Assembly (NCBI GenBank): GCA_963766715.1 | Contig: CAVYBH010000013.1 | Location: 32,001 to 96,000, forward strand | DNA from: an uncultured delta proteobacterium | Lineage (GTDB): Bacteria > Myxococcota > Myxococcia > Myxococcales > Anaeromyxobacteraceae | Length of the DNA: 64,000 nucleotides | Reading direction: 5' to 3' | Shown: one piece after another, positions 30,873 to 41,546 of the stretch | How positions within the stretch are numbered: position 1 is the stretch's first letter | Layout: every line of letters starts with the position of its first letter | Translations under genes and position numbers: made by a program | Notes under the pieces: generated by a model | Databases searched by the model: none | What the model saw: only the letters and a program-made list of their open reading frames with translations | What the model was told of the DNA's origin: nothing

Positions 30873-32633
30873 GGCGTCTCCTCCTGGGAGGCGGGCAGCC
30901 GGTCCCACTCGACGTTTCCGTCCCCGTCGAGCGGCATGCGCTCGCGGTGGCCGGGAAGGCGTCCGTCCACGGTGCCGGCGGCGAGCGGGATGAGCCCCTT
31001 GCGCCGGTCGACCGACGGCAGCGAGTTCCACTGGTACCCGGCCAGCTGATCGGCCACGCGCCGTCCCAGGTCCTCGAAGACGAGCCTGGCGCTGCCCCAG
31101 CGCGAGGTGAGCCCGAGCGCTCCGCCGATCTCGGCGGCCAGGCCCCAGTGGGGCAGCGACTCGCCCCGCGGCCAGTAGGCCAGCTCGAAGCGCTGCGCGC
31201 GCCCCTCGAAGTTCACGAAGGTCCCGTCGGACTCGGGCGTCGCCGAGGCGGGCAGGAGCACGGTGGCGGCCGCCGAGAGGGGCCCCTCGTTGGTGGCCTG
31301 GACGACCAGCACCTCGGCGCGTCCGAGGGACGCCGCCAGCTCGGGCGCGGGCAGCTCGGCCCCCACGGCCCAGATCCCCTTCACCTTCCCCGACGCCACC
31401 GCGGCGGCGAGGTCTGAGGCCGGCTTCATCGAGAGTCGCAAAGGCCTTGGCGACCCGCTCCAGCCCGGCGCGGTTGGGGTTCTGGTCGGCGCGGCGCAGG
31501 AAGTCGTCCTGCCAGCCGTCGGGCCGGCCCCCCACGTACACGTCGGAGAGCTTGAGGCCGTCGCGGGCCACCAGCGCGGCGGCGAGCAGGTCCTCGAGCG
31601 AGGCCGTGGGCGACGCCAGGAAGGCCAGCGTCCCCTGCCCGGACTGGGCGCGGAGCACCCGCGCCGCCTCGGCGATGGCCTGGGCCCGCGTGGCCCGGGA
31701 CTTCCCGATGCGGGCCTCGAGGACGCGGCCGTCGTTGAAGGCCTTGTAGGAGAGCCGCCCCTCGTCGCACATCCACTCCTGGTTGACGAGGTCGTTCTCG
31801 CGGGGCCGGTAGCGGTAGGTGGCGTCCCGCATGTAGTCGAGGAACACGTCGCAGCCGCGGGCGCAGCCGGTGCACAGCGACCGGGCGCTGGAGAGGAACC
31901 AGACCCGTCCGCGGAAGCGGAAGTCGGTGGAGGTGAGCGCGCCCACCGGGCAGAGGTCGACCACGTTGCCCGAGTAGCGGTCGTCGAGCGGCTGGCCGGG
32001 CGTGGTCGCGATGACCGAGTGGTTGCCCCGGTTGTCCACGCCGAGCTGCGGGTTCTTGCGGATCTCCCGCATGAAGCGCACGCAGCGGGTGCAGAGGATG
32101 CAGCGCTCCTGGTCGAGCACCACCAGCGAGCCGAGCTTCACCCGCTTCTGCAGCTTCACCTTGGGCACGTCGAGGCGGGAGGCCGTGGTGTCGTACTGCA
32201 TGTAGTAGTCCTGGAGCTTGCACTCGCCGGACTGGTCGCAGATGGGGCAGTCGACCGGGTGGTTCACCAGCAGGAACTCGAGGGTGGCCCGCTGCTGGTC
32301 CTTCACCTTGGGTGAATCGGTGCGGACGGAGATGCCCTCGGCGGCGGTCATCTGGCAGGCGGGCATCAGCTTGCCGCCCGGCGCGTTCGACATCTCCACC
32401 AGGCACATGCGGCAGTTGGCGGCGATCGAGAGCCGCTTCTGCCAGCAGTAGTAGGGGATCGACACGCCCACCGTGGCGGCCGCCTCGATGATGTTGGTCC
32501 CCGGCTTCACCACCACCTCGCGCCCGTCGACGGTGAAGGTCACCATGCCGGGGTTCTTGGGGGGCGGGGGCCCCGGGGGAGGCGCCGGCTTGGGGGGCGC
32601 GGCGGCGGCGGCGGGCTTGGTCTCTTCGGCCAT
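30869..32633 (-). CDS. nuoG: NADH-quinone oxidoreductase subunit G, short form (frameshift near 31435)
   Basis: ATG 32633; ANCRMCLVE, HPVDCPICDQSGEC, RCILCTRCVRF, DLCPVGAL, CTGCARGC...WMCDEGR; C-terminal ESDGTFVNFEGRAQ. Confidence 0.88.
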
Positions 32634-32665
32634 CTCGGGCTCCGGTCTCGCGGGTCGGGCGGGCG

Positions 32666-33901
32666 CTACTGCTCGACCTCGCCGCCGATCATGTTGACGG
32701 TGTCGAAGGTGGGGATGAGGTCGGCGAGCAGCTTGCCCTCCATCATCTGCGGGAGCGCCATGAGCATGTTCCAGCCCGGGGCGCGCACCCCCAGCTTGTA
32801 GGGGCGGCCGCCGCCGTCGGAGACGGCGTAGAAGCCCAGCTCGCCGTTGGCGGCCTCGACGTAGGCGTAGGCCTCGCCGGGCGGGACGAGGATCCCCTCC
32901 ATGATGATCTTGAAGTGGGCCATGGCGCCCTCGATCGAGCCGTAGACCTCGGGCTTGGGGGGCAGGACGAAGCGCGCGTCGTCGGCGGCGATGGCGCCCG
33001 GCTCCATCTGCTCGAAGCACTGGCGGACGATGCGGTCGCACTGCTTCAGCTCCTCCATCCGCATCAGGTAGCGATCGAAGTTGTCGCCGTTCGATCCCAC
33101 CGGGACGTCGAAGTCGAGCCGGTCGTAGACCAGGTAGGGGGAGGACTTGCGGACGTCGTACGGCTCGCCGGAGGCGCGCAGGCAGGGGCCGGTGAAGCCG
33201 TAGTCGATGGCGTCCTCGCGGGAGATGACGCCGGTGCCCCGGCAGCGATCGATGACGATGCGGTTGCGGGTGAGGAGCTTGTCGATCTCGACCCGCATCT
33301 CCTCGGCGCGATCGAGGGTGCGCAGCACCTTCTCCTCCCAGCCGGGCGGGAGGTCGCGGGACACGCCGCCCACGCGGGCGTAGTTCGACGTGAGGCGCGC
33401 GCCGCAGAGCTCGGTCAGGCGGTCCCAGATGAGGTCGCGGGCCTCCATGCCGTAGATGAGGACGGTCATGGCGCCGAGCTCGAGCCCCATGGCGCTGACC
33501 AGGGTGAAGTGATCGCACATCCGGTGCAGCTCGGAGGTGACCACGCGGAGGTACTGGGCGCGCTCCGGGATCTTCAGGCCGCAGAGCTTCTCCACCGCCA
33601 GCGCGTAGCCGACGTTGTTCATGATCGACGAGACGTAGTTGAGCCGGTCCGTGTACGGGAACACCTGGGTCCAGGTGACGTTCTCGCAGGACTTCTCGAA
33701 GCCCCGGTGCAGGAAGCCGATGTCCAGCTTCATGCCGTGGATGGCCTCGCCGTCCAGCTCGACCACCGCGCGCACCGTGCCGTGCATGGCGGGGTGGCTG
33801 GGGCCGAGGTTGACGAGCATCCGCTTCGTCGGGAAGGGCGCGTCGAGCGGGCTCGGCGCCGCGGGGACGGGGAGGACGGGGGTCTCGGTGGCCTTGGACA
33901 T
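32666..33901 (-). CDS. nuoD: NADH-quinone oxidoreductase subunit D, cluster 1
   Basis: NLGPSHPAMHG, GFLHRGFEK, DRLNY, GFTGPCLRASG, EAANGELG. Confidence 0.92.
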   Translation of the reverse strand: MSKATETPVLPVPAAPSPLDAPFPTKRMLVNLGPSHPAMHGTVRAVVELDGEAIHGMKLDIGFLHRGFEKSCENVTWTQVFPYTDRLNYVSSIMNNVGYALAVEKLCGLKIPERAQYLRVVTSELHRMCDHFTLVSAMGLELGAMTVLIYGMEARDLIWDRLTELCGARLTSNYARVGGVSRDLPPGWEEKVLRTLDRAEEMRVEIDKLLTRNRIVIDRCRGTGVISREDAIDYGFTGPCLRASGEPYDVRKSSPYLVYDRLDFDVPVGSNGDNFDRYLMRMEELKQCDRIVRQCFEQMEPGAIAADDARFVLPPKPEVYGSIEGAMAHFKIIMEGILVPPGEAYAYVEAANGELGFYAVSDGGGRPYKLGVRAPGWNMLMALPQMMEGKLLADLIPTFDTVNMIGGEVEQ

Positions 33902-33928
33902 GTTTCCTCGCCTGGAGTTCGCCGGACC

Positions 33929-34450
33929 CTAGTTGCCGGACGGGCCGGGGCCGCGGAAGGGCTCGTCCACGTGCCGCTCCTCGATGAGCGGCTGGCGGCC
34001 GCGCAGCGGGTAGTCCTTGCGGAGCGGGTGGCCGACGAACTCCTCGTACATGTAGAGCCGGCGCATGTCGGGGTGCCCCTCGAACCGGATGCCGTACATG
34101 TCCCAGCAGTACCGCTCGTACCAGTTGGCGCCCTTCCAGAGGGGGGTCACGCTCTGGACGACCGGGTCGCTCTCCGGGACGCCGACGCGCAGCCGGATGC
34201 GGTGGTTCTTCTTCGTCGAGTACATCTGGTACACGAGCTCGTAGCGCGGCTCGGAGCCCATGTAGTCGACGGCGGTGATGTACGGGGCCATGTCGAAGGC
34301 CATCTCCGGATCCTGCTTCAGGAACCGGCAGACCTCCTCGATGGACTCCTTCTTCACCAGGGCCACGTCGTCGCCGCCCGGGCCCACGTAGGTCTCGGTC
34401 ACCGCGCCGGGGAATCGCTCCTTCAGCGTCTGGAGTGCGGCCTGGGACAC
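33929..34450 (-). CDS. nuoC: NADH-quinone oxidoreductase subunit C, cluster 1
   Basis: [34 protein letters not shown]. Confidence 0.92.
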   Translation of the reverse strand: MSQAALQTLKERFPGAVTETYVGPGGDDVALVKKESIEEVCRFLKQDPEMAFDMAPYITAVDYMGSEPRYELVYQMYSTKKNHRIRLRVGVPESDPVVQSVTPLWKGANWYERYCWDMYGIRFEGHPDMRRLYMYEEFVGHPLRKDYPLRGRQPLIEERHVDEPFRGPGPSGN

Positions 34451-34453
34451 GGT

Positions 34454-35005
34454 CTACCCCTTCGCCGGGAGGGCCGGCTTCTCGCGTTCGGTGAGCGTGT
34501 GGCGCTGATCCTGGATCTTCTGCTGCAGGAGGATGATCCCGTCGAGCACCTGCTCCGGGCGCGGCGGGCACCCGGGGATGTAGACGTCGACCGGGATGAT
34601 CCGGTCGATCCCCTGCATGGTGGCGTAGTTGTCGTAGAAGCCGCCCGACGAGGCGCAGACGCCGAAGGCCACCACCCACTTCGGGTCGGCCATGGAGTCG
34701 TAGACCCGCTTCAGGATGGGAGCCTGCTTCACGTTGATCGTGCCCACCACCATCAGGAGGTCGGCCTGCCGCGGGGAGAAGCGCGGCAGCGCGGCGCCGA
34801 AGCGGTCGAGGTCGTAGCGCGCGGCGGCCACGGCCATGAACTCCATGCCGCAGCAGGCGGTGACGAACGGGTACTGGAAGAGGCTGTACTTCCGGGCCCA
34901 GCCGAGCCCCTTCGACACCATCTTCTCCAGCCCGGAGAGCGCGTCCTCCCTGCGGGTGGCGATGGCCGGGACGAGGTCGAGATCCGAGGTCGCGGACATG
35001 GTCAC
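34454..35005 (-). CDS. nuoB: NADH-quinone oxidoreductase subunit B, cluster 1
   Basis: [34 protein letters not shown]. Confidence 0.92.
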   Translation of the reverse strand: MTMSATSDLDLVPAIATRREDALSGLEKMVSKGLGWARKYSLFQYPFVTACCGMEFMAVAAARYDLDRFGAALPRFSPRQADLLMVVGTINVKQAPILKRVYDSMADPKWVVAFGVCASSGGFYDNYATMQGIDRIIPVDVYIPGCPPRPEQVLDGIILLQQKIQDQRHTLTEREKPALPAKG

Positions 35006-35373
35006 TCCCGGCTCCAGTCGATGGCGCCCTTCTTCCAGACGTACACGAGGCCGACGATCAGGGTGGCGCCGAAGACCGCCATGACCACGAAGGAGGGCCA
35101 GCCCAGCTCCCCGAGCGTCACCGCCCAGGGGTACATGAAGACCGCCTCGACGTCGAAGACCACGAAGAGGAGCGCAAGCAGGTAGAACTTCACGTCGAAC
35201 CGGTCGCGCGCCAGGCCCGACGGGAGGGAGCCGAACTCGAAGGGGCTCCTCTTGGCCTCGTTGGGCCGGCGGGGCCCCAGGAGGTTCGCGAGACCCAGGA
35301 GCGTGAGCCCCAGAATCACTGCGAGTACGATGACGACCGCGAGCGGGAAATAGCTCTGCAGGGCTGTTGTCAT
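35002..35373 (-). CDS. nuoA: NADH-quinone oxidoreductase subunit A, cluster 1
   Basis: PFEFG, FYLLALLFVVFDVEAVFMYPWA, KKGAIDW. Confidence 0.9.
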   Translation of the reverse strand: MTTALQSYFPLAVVIVLAVILGLTLLGLANLLGPRRPNEAKRSPFEFGSLPSGLARDRFDVKFYLLALLFVVFDVEAVFMYPWAVTLGELGWPSFVVMAVFGATLIVGLVYVWKKGAIDWSRE

Positions 35374-35467
35374 GGGGTGACCGAGTGAGGGGTCAAGGTG
35401 CTCCTAACTGCCTGTATGCATCTGTTTCGTCAAGCGGAATCACCGCTTCCTGGCCTGGATTCGACGC

Positions 35468-35495
35468 TTGACTCCATGGACCGGGACTGTACACT
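35468..35495 (+). promoter_or_regulatory. Putative sigma70 promoter of the plus-strand nuo operon
   Basis: TTGACT-N16-TACACT about 50 nt upstream of ATG 35545; inverted repeat AAGCGG-N5-CCGCTT at 35432-35448 just upstream. Confidence 0.5.
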
Positions 35496-35544
35496 CCGCG
35501 CCCTCTTTGGAGCCCTCCCACCTCCTGCTTCAGGGGTCTTTCAC

Positions 35545-35988
35545 ATGGGCTATCAGTTCGCCGCCGTCCTCGCGTTCGCTGCCGTCGCGGTCCTGCTCCC
35601 GTTCGGGTTGCTTTTCGCGTTCAAGCTCATCCGCCCGTCGTTCCCGACCGACGACAAATCGATGATTTACGAGTGCGGCGAGAAGCCCATCGGCCGCGCC
35701 TGGTTCAACTTCAACCCCCGCTTCTACCTGGTCGCCCTGGTCTTCGAGATCTTCGAGGTCGACCTGGCGCTGACCTTCCCCGTCGCCGTCGTCTACAAGG
35801 ACTGGATCGCCGCGGGCCCCACCTTCGCGTGGGTCGCCTTCGCCGAGCTCTTCCTCTTCATCGCCATCCTCGTGGTCGGCCTGGTGTGGGTCTGGGCCAG
35901 CGGGGACCTGGAATGGGTGAAGAAGCTGGCGGTGGTGGACGAGGGGCCCGACGAGGTCGCCCCGTCCCCGGCATCCAAGGCCGCCTGA
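35545..35988 (+). CDS. nuoA: NADH-quinone oxidoreductase subunit A, cluster 2
   Basis: ATG 35545; [25 protein letters not shown]. Confidence 0.9.
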   Translation: MGYQFAAVLAFAAVAVLLPFGLLFAFKLIRPSFPTDDKSMIYECGEKPIGRAWFNFNPRFYLVALVFEIFEVDLALTFPVAVVYKDWIAAGPTFAWVAFAELFLFIAILVVGLVWVWASGDLEWVKKLAVVDEGPDEVAPSPASKAA

Positions 35989-36005
35989 TCCACGGAGAGA
36001 ACCGC

Positions 36006-36542
36006 ATGGCCAACCGAGACACCATGGACGCGGAGATGGGCGGCGACGTCGTCTTCGCCCACACCAGCCAGCTCGACAAGATCATCAACCTGGCCCGCGC
36101 CAACTCGCTGCACTACCTGCTCTTCGGCCTCGCCTGCTGCGGCATCGAGCTGATGCAGTTCGGCGGCCCGCGCGCCGACGCCGACCGGTTCGGGGCGGTC
36201 TTCCGGGCCACCCCGCGCCAGGCCGACTTCATGATCGTGGCCGGCACGCTCACCTACAAGATGGCCGAGCGGCTGAAGCTGCTCTACGACCAGATGGCCG
36301 AGCCCAAGTACGTGATCTCCATGGGCTCCTGCGCCAACTGCGGCGGCCTCTTCCAGCTCGCCTACTCGGTCTGCAAGGGCGTGGACAAGGTGGTCCCGGT
36401 GGACGTCTACGTCCCGGGCTGCCCGCCGCGCCCCGAGGCCCTGACCGAGGGGCTCCTCCGGCTCCAGGACCTGGTGATGCGCGAGCGCTGGAAGGACAAG
36501 CGCCGCCCCCCCGCGCCGCTGACCGCTGGCGGCAAGGCCTAG
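36006..36542 (+). CDS. nuoB: NADH-quinone oxidoreductase subunit B, cluster 2
   Basis: ATG 36006; [35 protein letters not shown]. Confidence 0.92.
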   Translation: MANRDTMDAEMGGDVVFAHTSQLDKIINLARANSLHYLLFGLACCGIELMQFGGPRADADRFGAVFRATPRQADFMIVAGTLTYKMAERLKLLYDQMAEPKYVISMGSCANCGGLFQLAYSVCKGVDKVVPVDVYVPGCPPRPEALTEGLLRLQDLVMRERWKDKRRPPAPLTAGGKA

Positions 36543-36557
36543 CTTCCGGGAGACGGG

Positions 36558-37202
36558 ATGACCACCATCGAGATCCACCAGAAGCTCCAGGAAGCCTTCG
36601 GCGACGCGATCGGGCCGCTCTCCGAGCCCAAGATCGATCCCTTCGCCGTGGTGAAGGCCGACCGGATCGTCGAGGTCTGCGCCTGGCTCAAGAAGGCGCC
36701 GGGCATCGAGCTCGACTTCCTCGAGGACCTGACCGCGGTCGACTGGCCGAAGCGGAACGTGATCGAGGTCGTCTACCACCTCCAGTCCTTCCCCCATCGC
36801 CACGGCATCGTCCTCAAGGTCGAGACCGACCGGGCGAACCCGGTCGTCGACTCGGTGCAGGGGGTCTGGAAGGCCGCCAACTGGCTGGAGCGGGAGGTCT
36901 ACGACCTCTTCGGCGTCGGCTTCACCGGCCACCCCGACCTCCGCCGCGTCATGCTCCCCGACGACTGGGTCGGCCACCCGCTCCGCAAGGACTACCAGGA
37001 GGCCGGCGGCTTCCACGGGATCCCGAACCTCCGCGAGAACCCGCTCGTCGAGCTCCGCCGCATCGACCTGGTCCGCATCGCCGAGCATCTCAAGCTCCAC
37101 CCGCCTCCGCCCCCTCCCCCGCCGGCGCCGCCTCCCGCGGCCCCTCCCGCGGCCGGGGCTCCGCCCGCGCCGTCCACCCCGCCCGCGGCTCCGAAGGCCT
37201 AG
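36558..37202 (+). CDS. nuoC: NADH-quinone oxidoreductase subunit C, cluster 2 (Pro-rich tail)
   Basis: [31 protein letters not shown]. Confidence 0.92.
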   Translation: MTTIEIHQKLQEAFGDAIGPLSEPKIDPFAVVKADRIVEVCAWLKKAPGIELDFLEDLTAVDWPKRNVIEVVYHLQSFPHRHGIVLKVETDRANPVVDSVQGVWKAANWLEREVYDLFGVGFTGHPDLRRVMLPDDWVGHPLRKDYQEAGGFHGIPNLRENPLVELRRIDLVRIAEHLKLHPPPPPPPPAPPPAAPPAAGAPPAPSTPPAAPKA

Positions 37203-37212
37203 AGGACCCGAC

Positions 37213-38352
37213 ATGTCGAAGCTCGTCCTGCGCCGCCTGGATCGGAACAACGAGGAGATGCTCGTCAACTTCGGTCCGCAGCACCCGTCCACCCACGGCG
37301 TGCTCAACTTCCTCGTCGAGACCGACGGGGAGGTGATGAAGCGGGCCATCCCGGACATCGGCTACCTGCACCGCTCGCTGGAGAAGATCGGCGAGATGGT
37401 CGGGTACCCCGGGTACATGCCCTACACCGACCGCATCGACTACCTCGCCGCCATGTTCGCGAACGAGGGGTACGCGATGGCGGTGGAGAAGCTCATCAAG
37501 GTCCAGGTCCCGCCGCGGGCCCTCTACCTGCGGGCCATCTCCTGCGAGCTGAACCGCATCGCCAGCCACCTGGTGTCGATCGGCACCATGGCCACCGACA
37601 TCGGCGCGGTCACGCCGCTCGTCTACGCGCTGCGCGAGCGGGAGATCATCAACGACCTGCTCGAGGCGCTCTGCGGCGCCCGCCTCACCTACAACTACCA
37701 CCGCATCGGCGGCGTGGCCTTCGACATGCCCGAGGGCTGGCGCGACAAGGTCGTGAAGTACCTCGACCGCTTCGACAGCTCGGTGCAGGAGTGGGATCGC
37801 CTCATCACCTGGAACGAGATCTACAAGAAGCGGCTGGGCGGCGTGGCCGTGATCTCGCGCGAGCAGGCCATCGACTACGGCCTCTCCGGCCCGAACCTGC
37901 GCGGCAGCGGGGTCGACTGGGACCTGCGCCGCGACGTCCCGTACGGCGCCTACCCCGACTTCAAGTTCGACGTCCCGGTGGGCCGCGGCTGGGCCGGCAA
38001 GGTCGGCGACTGCTTCGACCGCTACTACGTGCGCGTGCTCGAGATGGCGCAGTCGTCGCGCATCGTCCGCCAGGCCCTCGAGAAGATGCCCGAGGGCGAG
38101 ATCCAGGCCAAGGTGCCCCGCAAGATCAAGCCCGAGGCCGGCGAGGCGCAGTCGCGCATCGAGTCGGCCCGCGGCGAGATGGCCTACTACCTGGTCTCCG
38201 ACGCCACCGAGCGCGCCTACCGCGTCCGGGCCCGCACCGGCTCCTACATGGCGATGGGAATCATCGAGGACATCTCCCCCGGCCTGATGGTCGCGGACCT
38301 CGTGGCCCTCATCGCTTCCCTCGACGTGGTGGCACCCGAGACGGATCGCTAG
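37213..38352 (+). CDS. nuoD: NADH-quinone oxidoreductase subunit D, cluster 2
   Basis: [44 protein letters not shown]. Confidence 0.92.
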   Translation: MSKLVLRRLDRNNEEMLVNFGPQHPSTHGVLNFLVETDGEVMKRAIPDIGYLHRSLEKIGEMVGYPGYMPYTDRIDYLAAMFANEGYAMAVEKLIKVQVPPRALYLRAISCELNRIASHLVSIGTMATDIGAVTPLVYALREREIINDLLEALCGARLTYNYHRIGGVAFDMPEGWRDKVVKYLDRFDSSVQEWDRLITWNEIYKKRLGGVAVISREQAIDYGLSGPNLRGSGVDWDLRRDVPYGAYPDFKFDVPVGRGWAGKVGDCFDRYYVRVLEMAQSSRIVRQALEKMPEGEIQAKVPRKIKPEAGEAQSRIESARGEMAYYLVSDATERAYRVRARTGSYMAMGIIEDISPGLMVADLVALIASLDVVAPETDR

Positions 38353-38354
38353 CC

Positions 38355-39735
38355 ATGGCCCAGTTCACCTTCGCCTTCCCGAAGCCCAGCACGAAGAAGA
38401 TCCTCGTCGGCGCGTCGCTCGCCGCCGTGCTCGCCATCCCCGCCCTGCTGGCGAGCCTGCTCGTCTTCGTCATCCCCATGATCCACAAGCCGGTCTTCGA
38501 CGCGTTCATCCGCGAGAAGCTCGGCCACGACCCGGCGACCTGGGCCGGCACCCAGTGGACCTACGCGATCGGCCTCTTCCTGGCCGGCATCGTCATGTTC
38601 ACCTTCGCGGCCATCTCGGGCGGCATCTTCTCCTGGTACGAGCGGCGCGTGGCCGGCCGCATCCAGAGCCGCATCGGCCCCAACCGCGTGGGCGTGGGCG
38701 GCTTCTTCCAGTGGATCGCCGACGCCGTGAAGCTCCTCTTCAAGGAGGACCTCATCCCGGCCGAGGCCGACTCGGTGCTCTTCCGCGCCGCGCCGTACTT
38801 CGTCGTGGCCGGCATGACGCTGGTGCTCGTGACGCTGCCCTTCGGCCAGTCGGTCGTGGTGGCGGACCTGAACGTCGGCATCTTCTACATCCTGGCGGTC
38901 ACCTCGCTCATCGTGGTGGGCATCATCCTCTCCGGGTGGTCGTCCAACTCGAAGTGGGCGCTCTTCGGCGCCATCCGCGCCGCCGCCCAGATCATCAGCT
39001 ACGAGGTGCCCGCCGGCCTGGCCATCCTGGTCCCGGTGCTCATGGCCGGCACGCTCTCCACCCAGGGGCTCATCCAGGCCCAGGGCGGCTGGCCCTGGGA
39101 GTGGTTCTTCTTCCGGAACCCGGCCGCCGCGGTGGCCTTCGTCATCCTGTTCATCTCGCAGCTCGCCGAGGGCAACCGGACCCCGTTCGACCTGGCCGAG
39201 GCCGAGTCGGAGCTCGTGGCCGGCTACCTCTCCGAGTACTCGGGCTTCCGCTTCGCCCTCTACTTCCTGGTGGAGTGGGCCAACCTCTGGATCATCGGCG
39301 CCATCACCACCACCCTCTTCCTGGGCGGCTGGCAGATCCCGGGCGTCACCGCGCAGGACTGGGCGGCGGTCCGCGGCACCGGCGCCTTCCCGGCCTGGGG
39401 CTGGTGGGCGCTGCAGTTCGTCTCGCTGGGCGTCTTCGCCTTCAAGACGCTGGTCCAGGTCAACGTCATCATCTGGATCCGCTGGACGCTGCCCCGCATC
39501 CGCGTCGACCAGATGATGCAGCTCTGCTGGAAGTACCTGGTCCCGGCCGGCTTCGCCTGCATGCTCTACACGCTGCTCTGGCAGATGGTGGTGGCCTGGG
39601 CCCCGCTCGTCGAGAAGGTCACCGCGGTGGTGGTCTTCGGCGGCCTTCCTCTACGCCACCTGGCGCTTCCTCAAGCTGACCCGTCACAACGTCTCGCTCA
39701 TCGCCGGCGAGCACGTCGACCTCTCGAACTGGTAG
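38355..39735 (+). CDS. nuoH: NADH-quinone oxidoreductase subunit H, cluster 2 (frameshift near 39640)
   Basis: ATG 38355; ERRVAGRIQSRIGPNR, ADAVKLLFKE, AQIISYE, NRTPFDLAEAESEL, PRIRVDQ; shifted tail ...VDLSNW* at 39735. Confidence 0.9.
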
Positions 39736-39748
39736 GAACACGCCCGCC

Positions 39749-40580
39749 ATGTCCGTCACCGCCAGCGATTACGTCGGCAACATCCGGGACACCGTGAAGT
39801 CCTTCTGGCAGGGGATGTCGGTGACCCTGTCGCAGGTCCTCCGGCGCCCCATCACCATCCAGTACCCGGACCGGCTCCAGATCCCCATCGAGGACTCGCT
39901 GCCGCCCCGCTACCGCGGCTTCCTCGAGGTGGACGCCAGCATCTGCACCGGCTGCCAGGCCTGCGAGCGCGCCTGCCCGATCAGCTGCATCCAGATCGAG
40001 CTCGAGAAGGACCCCTCGAACCCGAAGCAGCGCGTGGTCTCGCAGTTCGACATCGACGAGGCCAAGTGCATGTTCTGTGGCCTCTGCGTCGAGCCCTGCC
40101 CCACCGGCGCCATCCAGCACACCCGCGAGTTCGAGGCCACCCAGCGCTCGGTCCGCAACCTGGTCTTCCGGTGGGCCGATCCCCTCGCGCCCTTCCCCGT
40201 CTACAAGGTCGTGAAGGGCGCCCCGTACATCCCCCGCGCGCCGCTCGGCTCGCTCGTCCGCGAGCTCCTGGCCCACCGGCGCTGGGACGCGACCTCGGTG
40301 AACTACCTGCCGCCGGTGGCGCTCCAGCCGCCGCCCCCGCCGCCGCCCAAGCCGGCCCCTGCGGCCAAGCCCCCGGCCCCGAAGCCCGCCGAGGGCGCGG
40401 CGCCTGCGGCTCCCGCGGCGAAGGCCGCACCGCTGCCGCTGCGCCGGCCGCCGCCCCGTGCCGCCCGCCGCTGCACCGGCCGCCGCCCCCGTGGCCGCTC
40501 CCGCCGCCGCACCGGCCCCTGCTCCCGCCCCGGCGCCTGCCGCCGCACCGGCCGTGAAGCCGGACGAGCCCAAGTCCTGA
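39749..40580 (+). CDS. nuoI: NADH-quinone oxidoreductase subunit I, cluster 2, with long Pro/Ala tail (frameshifts near 40430-40460)
   Basis: TIQYPD, CTGCQACERACP, CMFCGLCVEPCP; tail reconstructs as PAAAP repeats ending KPDEPKS* at 40580. Confidence 0.88.
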
Positions 40581-40593
40581 CCGAGAGGCCCTC

Positions 40594-41223
40594 ATGCGAC
40601 CCGTGAAGAAGCTCATCGCCTGGACCCTCGGAAGCGCGGCCGTCGTCGCCGCCGTCGGGGTCCTCTCCGCCCGCCTCTCCCCGGCGCTCGCCGCCGGGGC
40701 GGCGCGGCCGCTGGCCGGCCCGTTCACCCTGGCCGACGGCATCTTCTACTTCCTGGCCGCGCTCGCCGTGGGCGGCGCCGGCGGGGTGGCCCTCTCCCGG
40801 AACATCCTCTACTCGGCGCTGGGGCTGCTCGCGTCCCTCCTCGGGGTCGCGGGGCTCTACGTCTTCCTCTCCGCCGACTTCCTGGCCGTGGCCCAGGTGA
40901 TGATCTACATCGGCGGCGTCCTCGTGCTGGTGCTCTTCGCGGTGATGCTCACGAACCGCATCGGCGAGGTGAACATCTCCAACGCCAGCCTGGGCTGGGC
41001 CTCCGGGGCGCTGCTCTCCGCGGTCATGGCCGCCCTCCTGCTCCTCGTCGCCTTCGAGGTTCCCTGGGCCGCCCGCCTCCCGGCCGGAGGCCCGACCACG
41101 GCGCCGCTGGGCCACGCGCTCCTGCAGCAGTGGCTGCTCCCCTTCGAGCTCGCGTCCCTCATCCTGCTCGCCACCCTGATCGGCGCCATCGTCATCGCCC
41201 GCAAGGAGATCCGGGCCGAGTAG
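40594..41223 (+). CDS. nuoJ: NADH-quinone oxidoreductase subunit J
   Basis: ADFLAVAQVMIYIGGVLVLVLFAVML, LPFELASLILL. Confidence 0.9.
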   Translation: MRPVKKLIAWTLGSAAVVAAVGVLSARLSPALAAGAARPLAGPFTLADGIFYFLAALAVGGAGGVALSRNILYSALGLLASLLGVAGLYVFLSADFLAVAQVMIYIGGVLVLVLFAVMLTNRIGEVNISNASLGWASGALLSAVMAALLLLVAFEVPWAARLPAGGPTTAPLGHALLQQWLLPFELASLILLATLIGAIVIARKEIRAE

Positions 41224-41236
41224 GCCGGAGACGCCC

Positions 41237-41545
41237 ATGATCCCCACCCTCTCCCACTTCCTGGCGGTCGCGGCGCTGCTCTTCGCGGCCGGCCTCTTCA
41301 CGGTGCTCACCCGGCGCAACGCGGTGGCCATCCTGATGGGCGTCGAGCTGATGCTCAACGGCGCCAACGTCAACCTCGTCGCCTTCAACCGCTACGTGGT
41401 CGGCGGGCTGGCCGGCCAGACCTTCGCCCTCTTCGTCGTGGTGCTCGCCGCGGCCGAGGCCGCGGTGGGCCTGGCCATCGTCCTGAGCATCTTCCACACC
41501 TTCAAGACCATCGACGTCCGCGCTGCGGACCTGATGCGAGAGTGA
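41237..41545 (+). CDS. nuoK: NADH-quinone oxidoreductase subunit K
   Basis: RRNAVAILMGVELMLN, AAAEAAVGLA. Confidence 0.92.
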   Translation: MIPTLSHFLAVAALLFAAGLFTVLTRRNAVAILMGVELMLNGANVNLVAFNRYVVGGLAGQTFALFVVVLAAAEAAVGLAIVLSIFHTFKTIDVRAADLMRE

Positions 41546-41546
41546 G

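Noticed and set aside
29544..34679. 1711-aa apparent NuoG-NuoH polyprotein
   Set aside because: Stop-poor GC-rich frame plus the frameshift near 31435; each gene has its own start and stop
32666..38352. Possible group 4 [NiFe]-hydrogenase instead of complex I
   Set aside because: Neither NuoD has the CxxC nickel-binding motifs, and both NuoB proteins have the tandem CC typical of complex I
40320..40560. Short GC-rich repeats resembling an array
   Set aside because: They encode the Pro/Ala low-complexity tail of NuoI; there is no repeat-spacer structure and no cas gene
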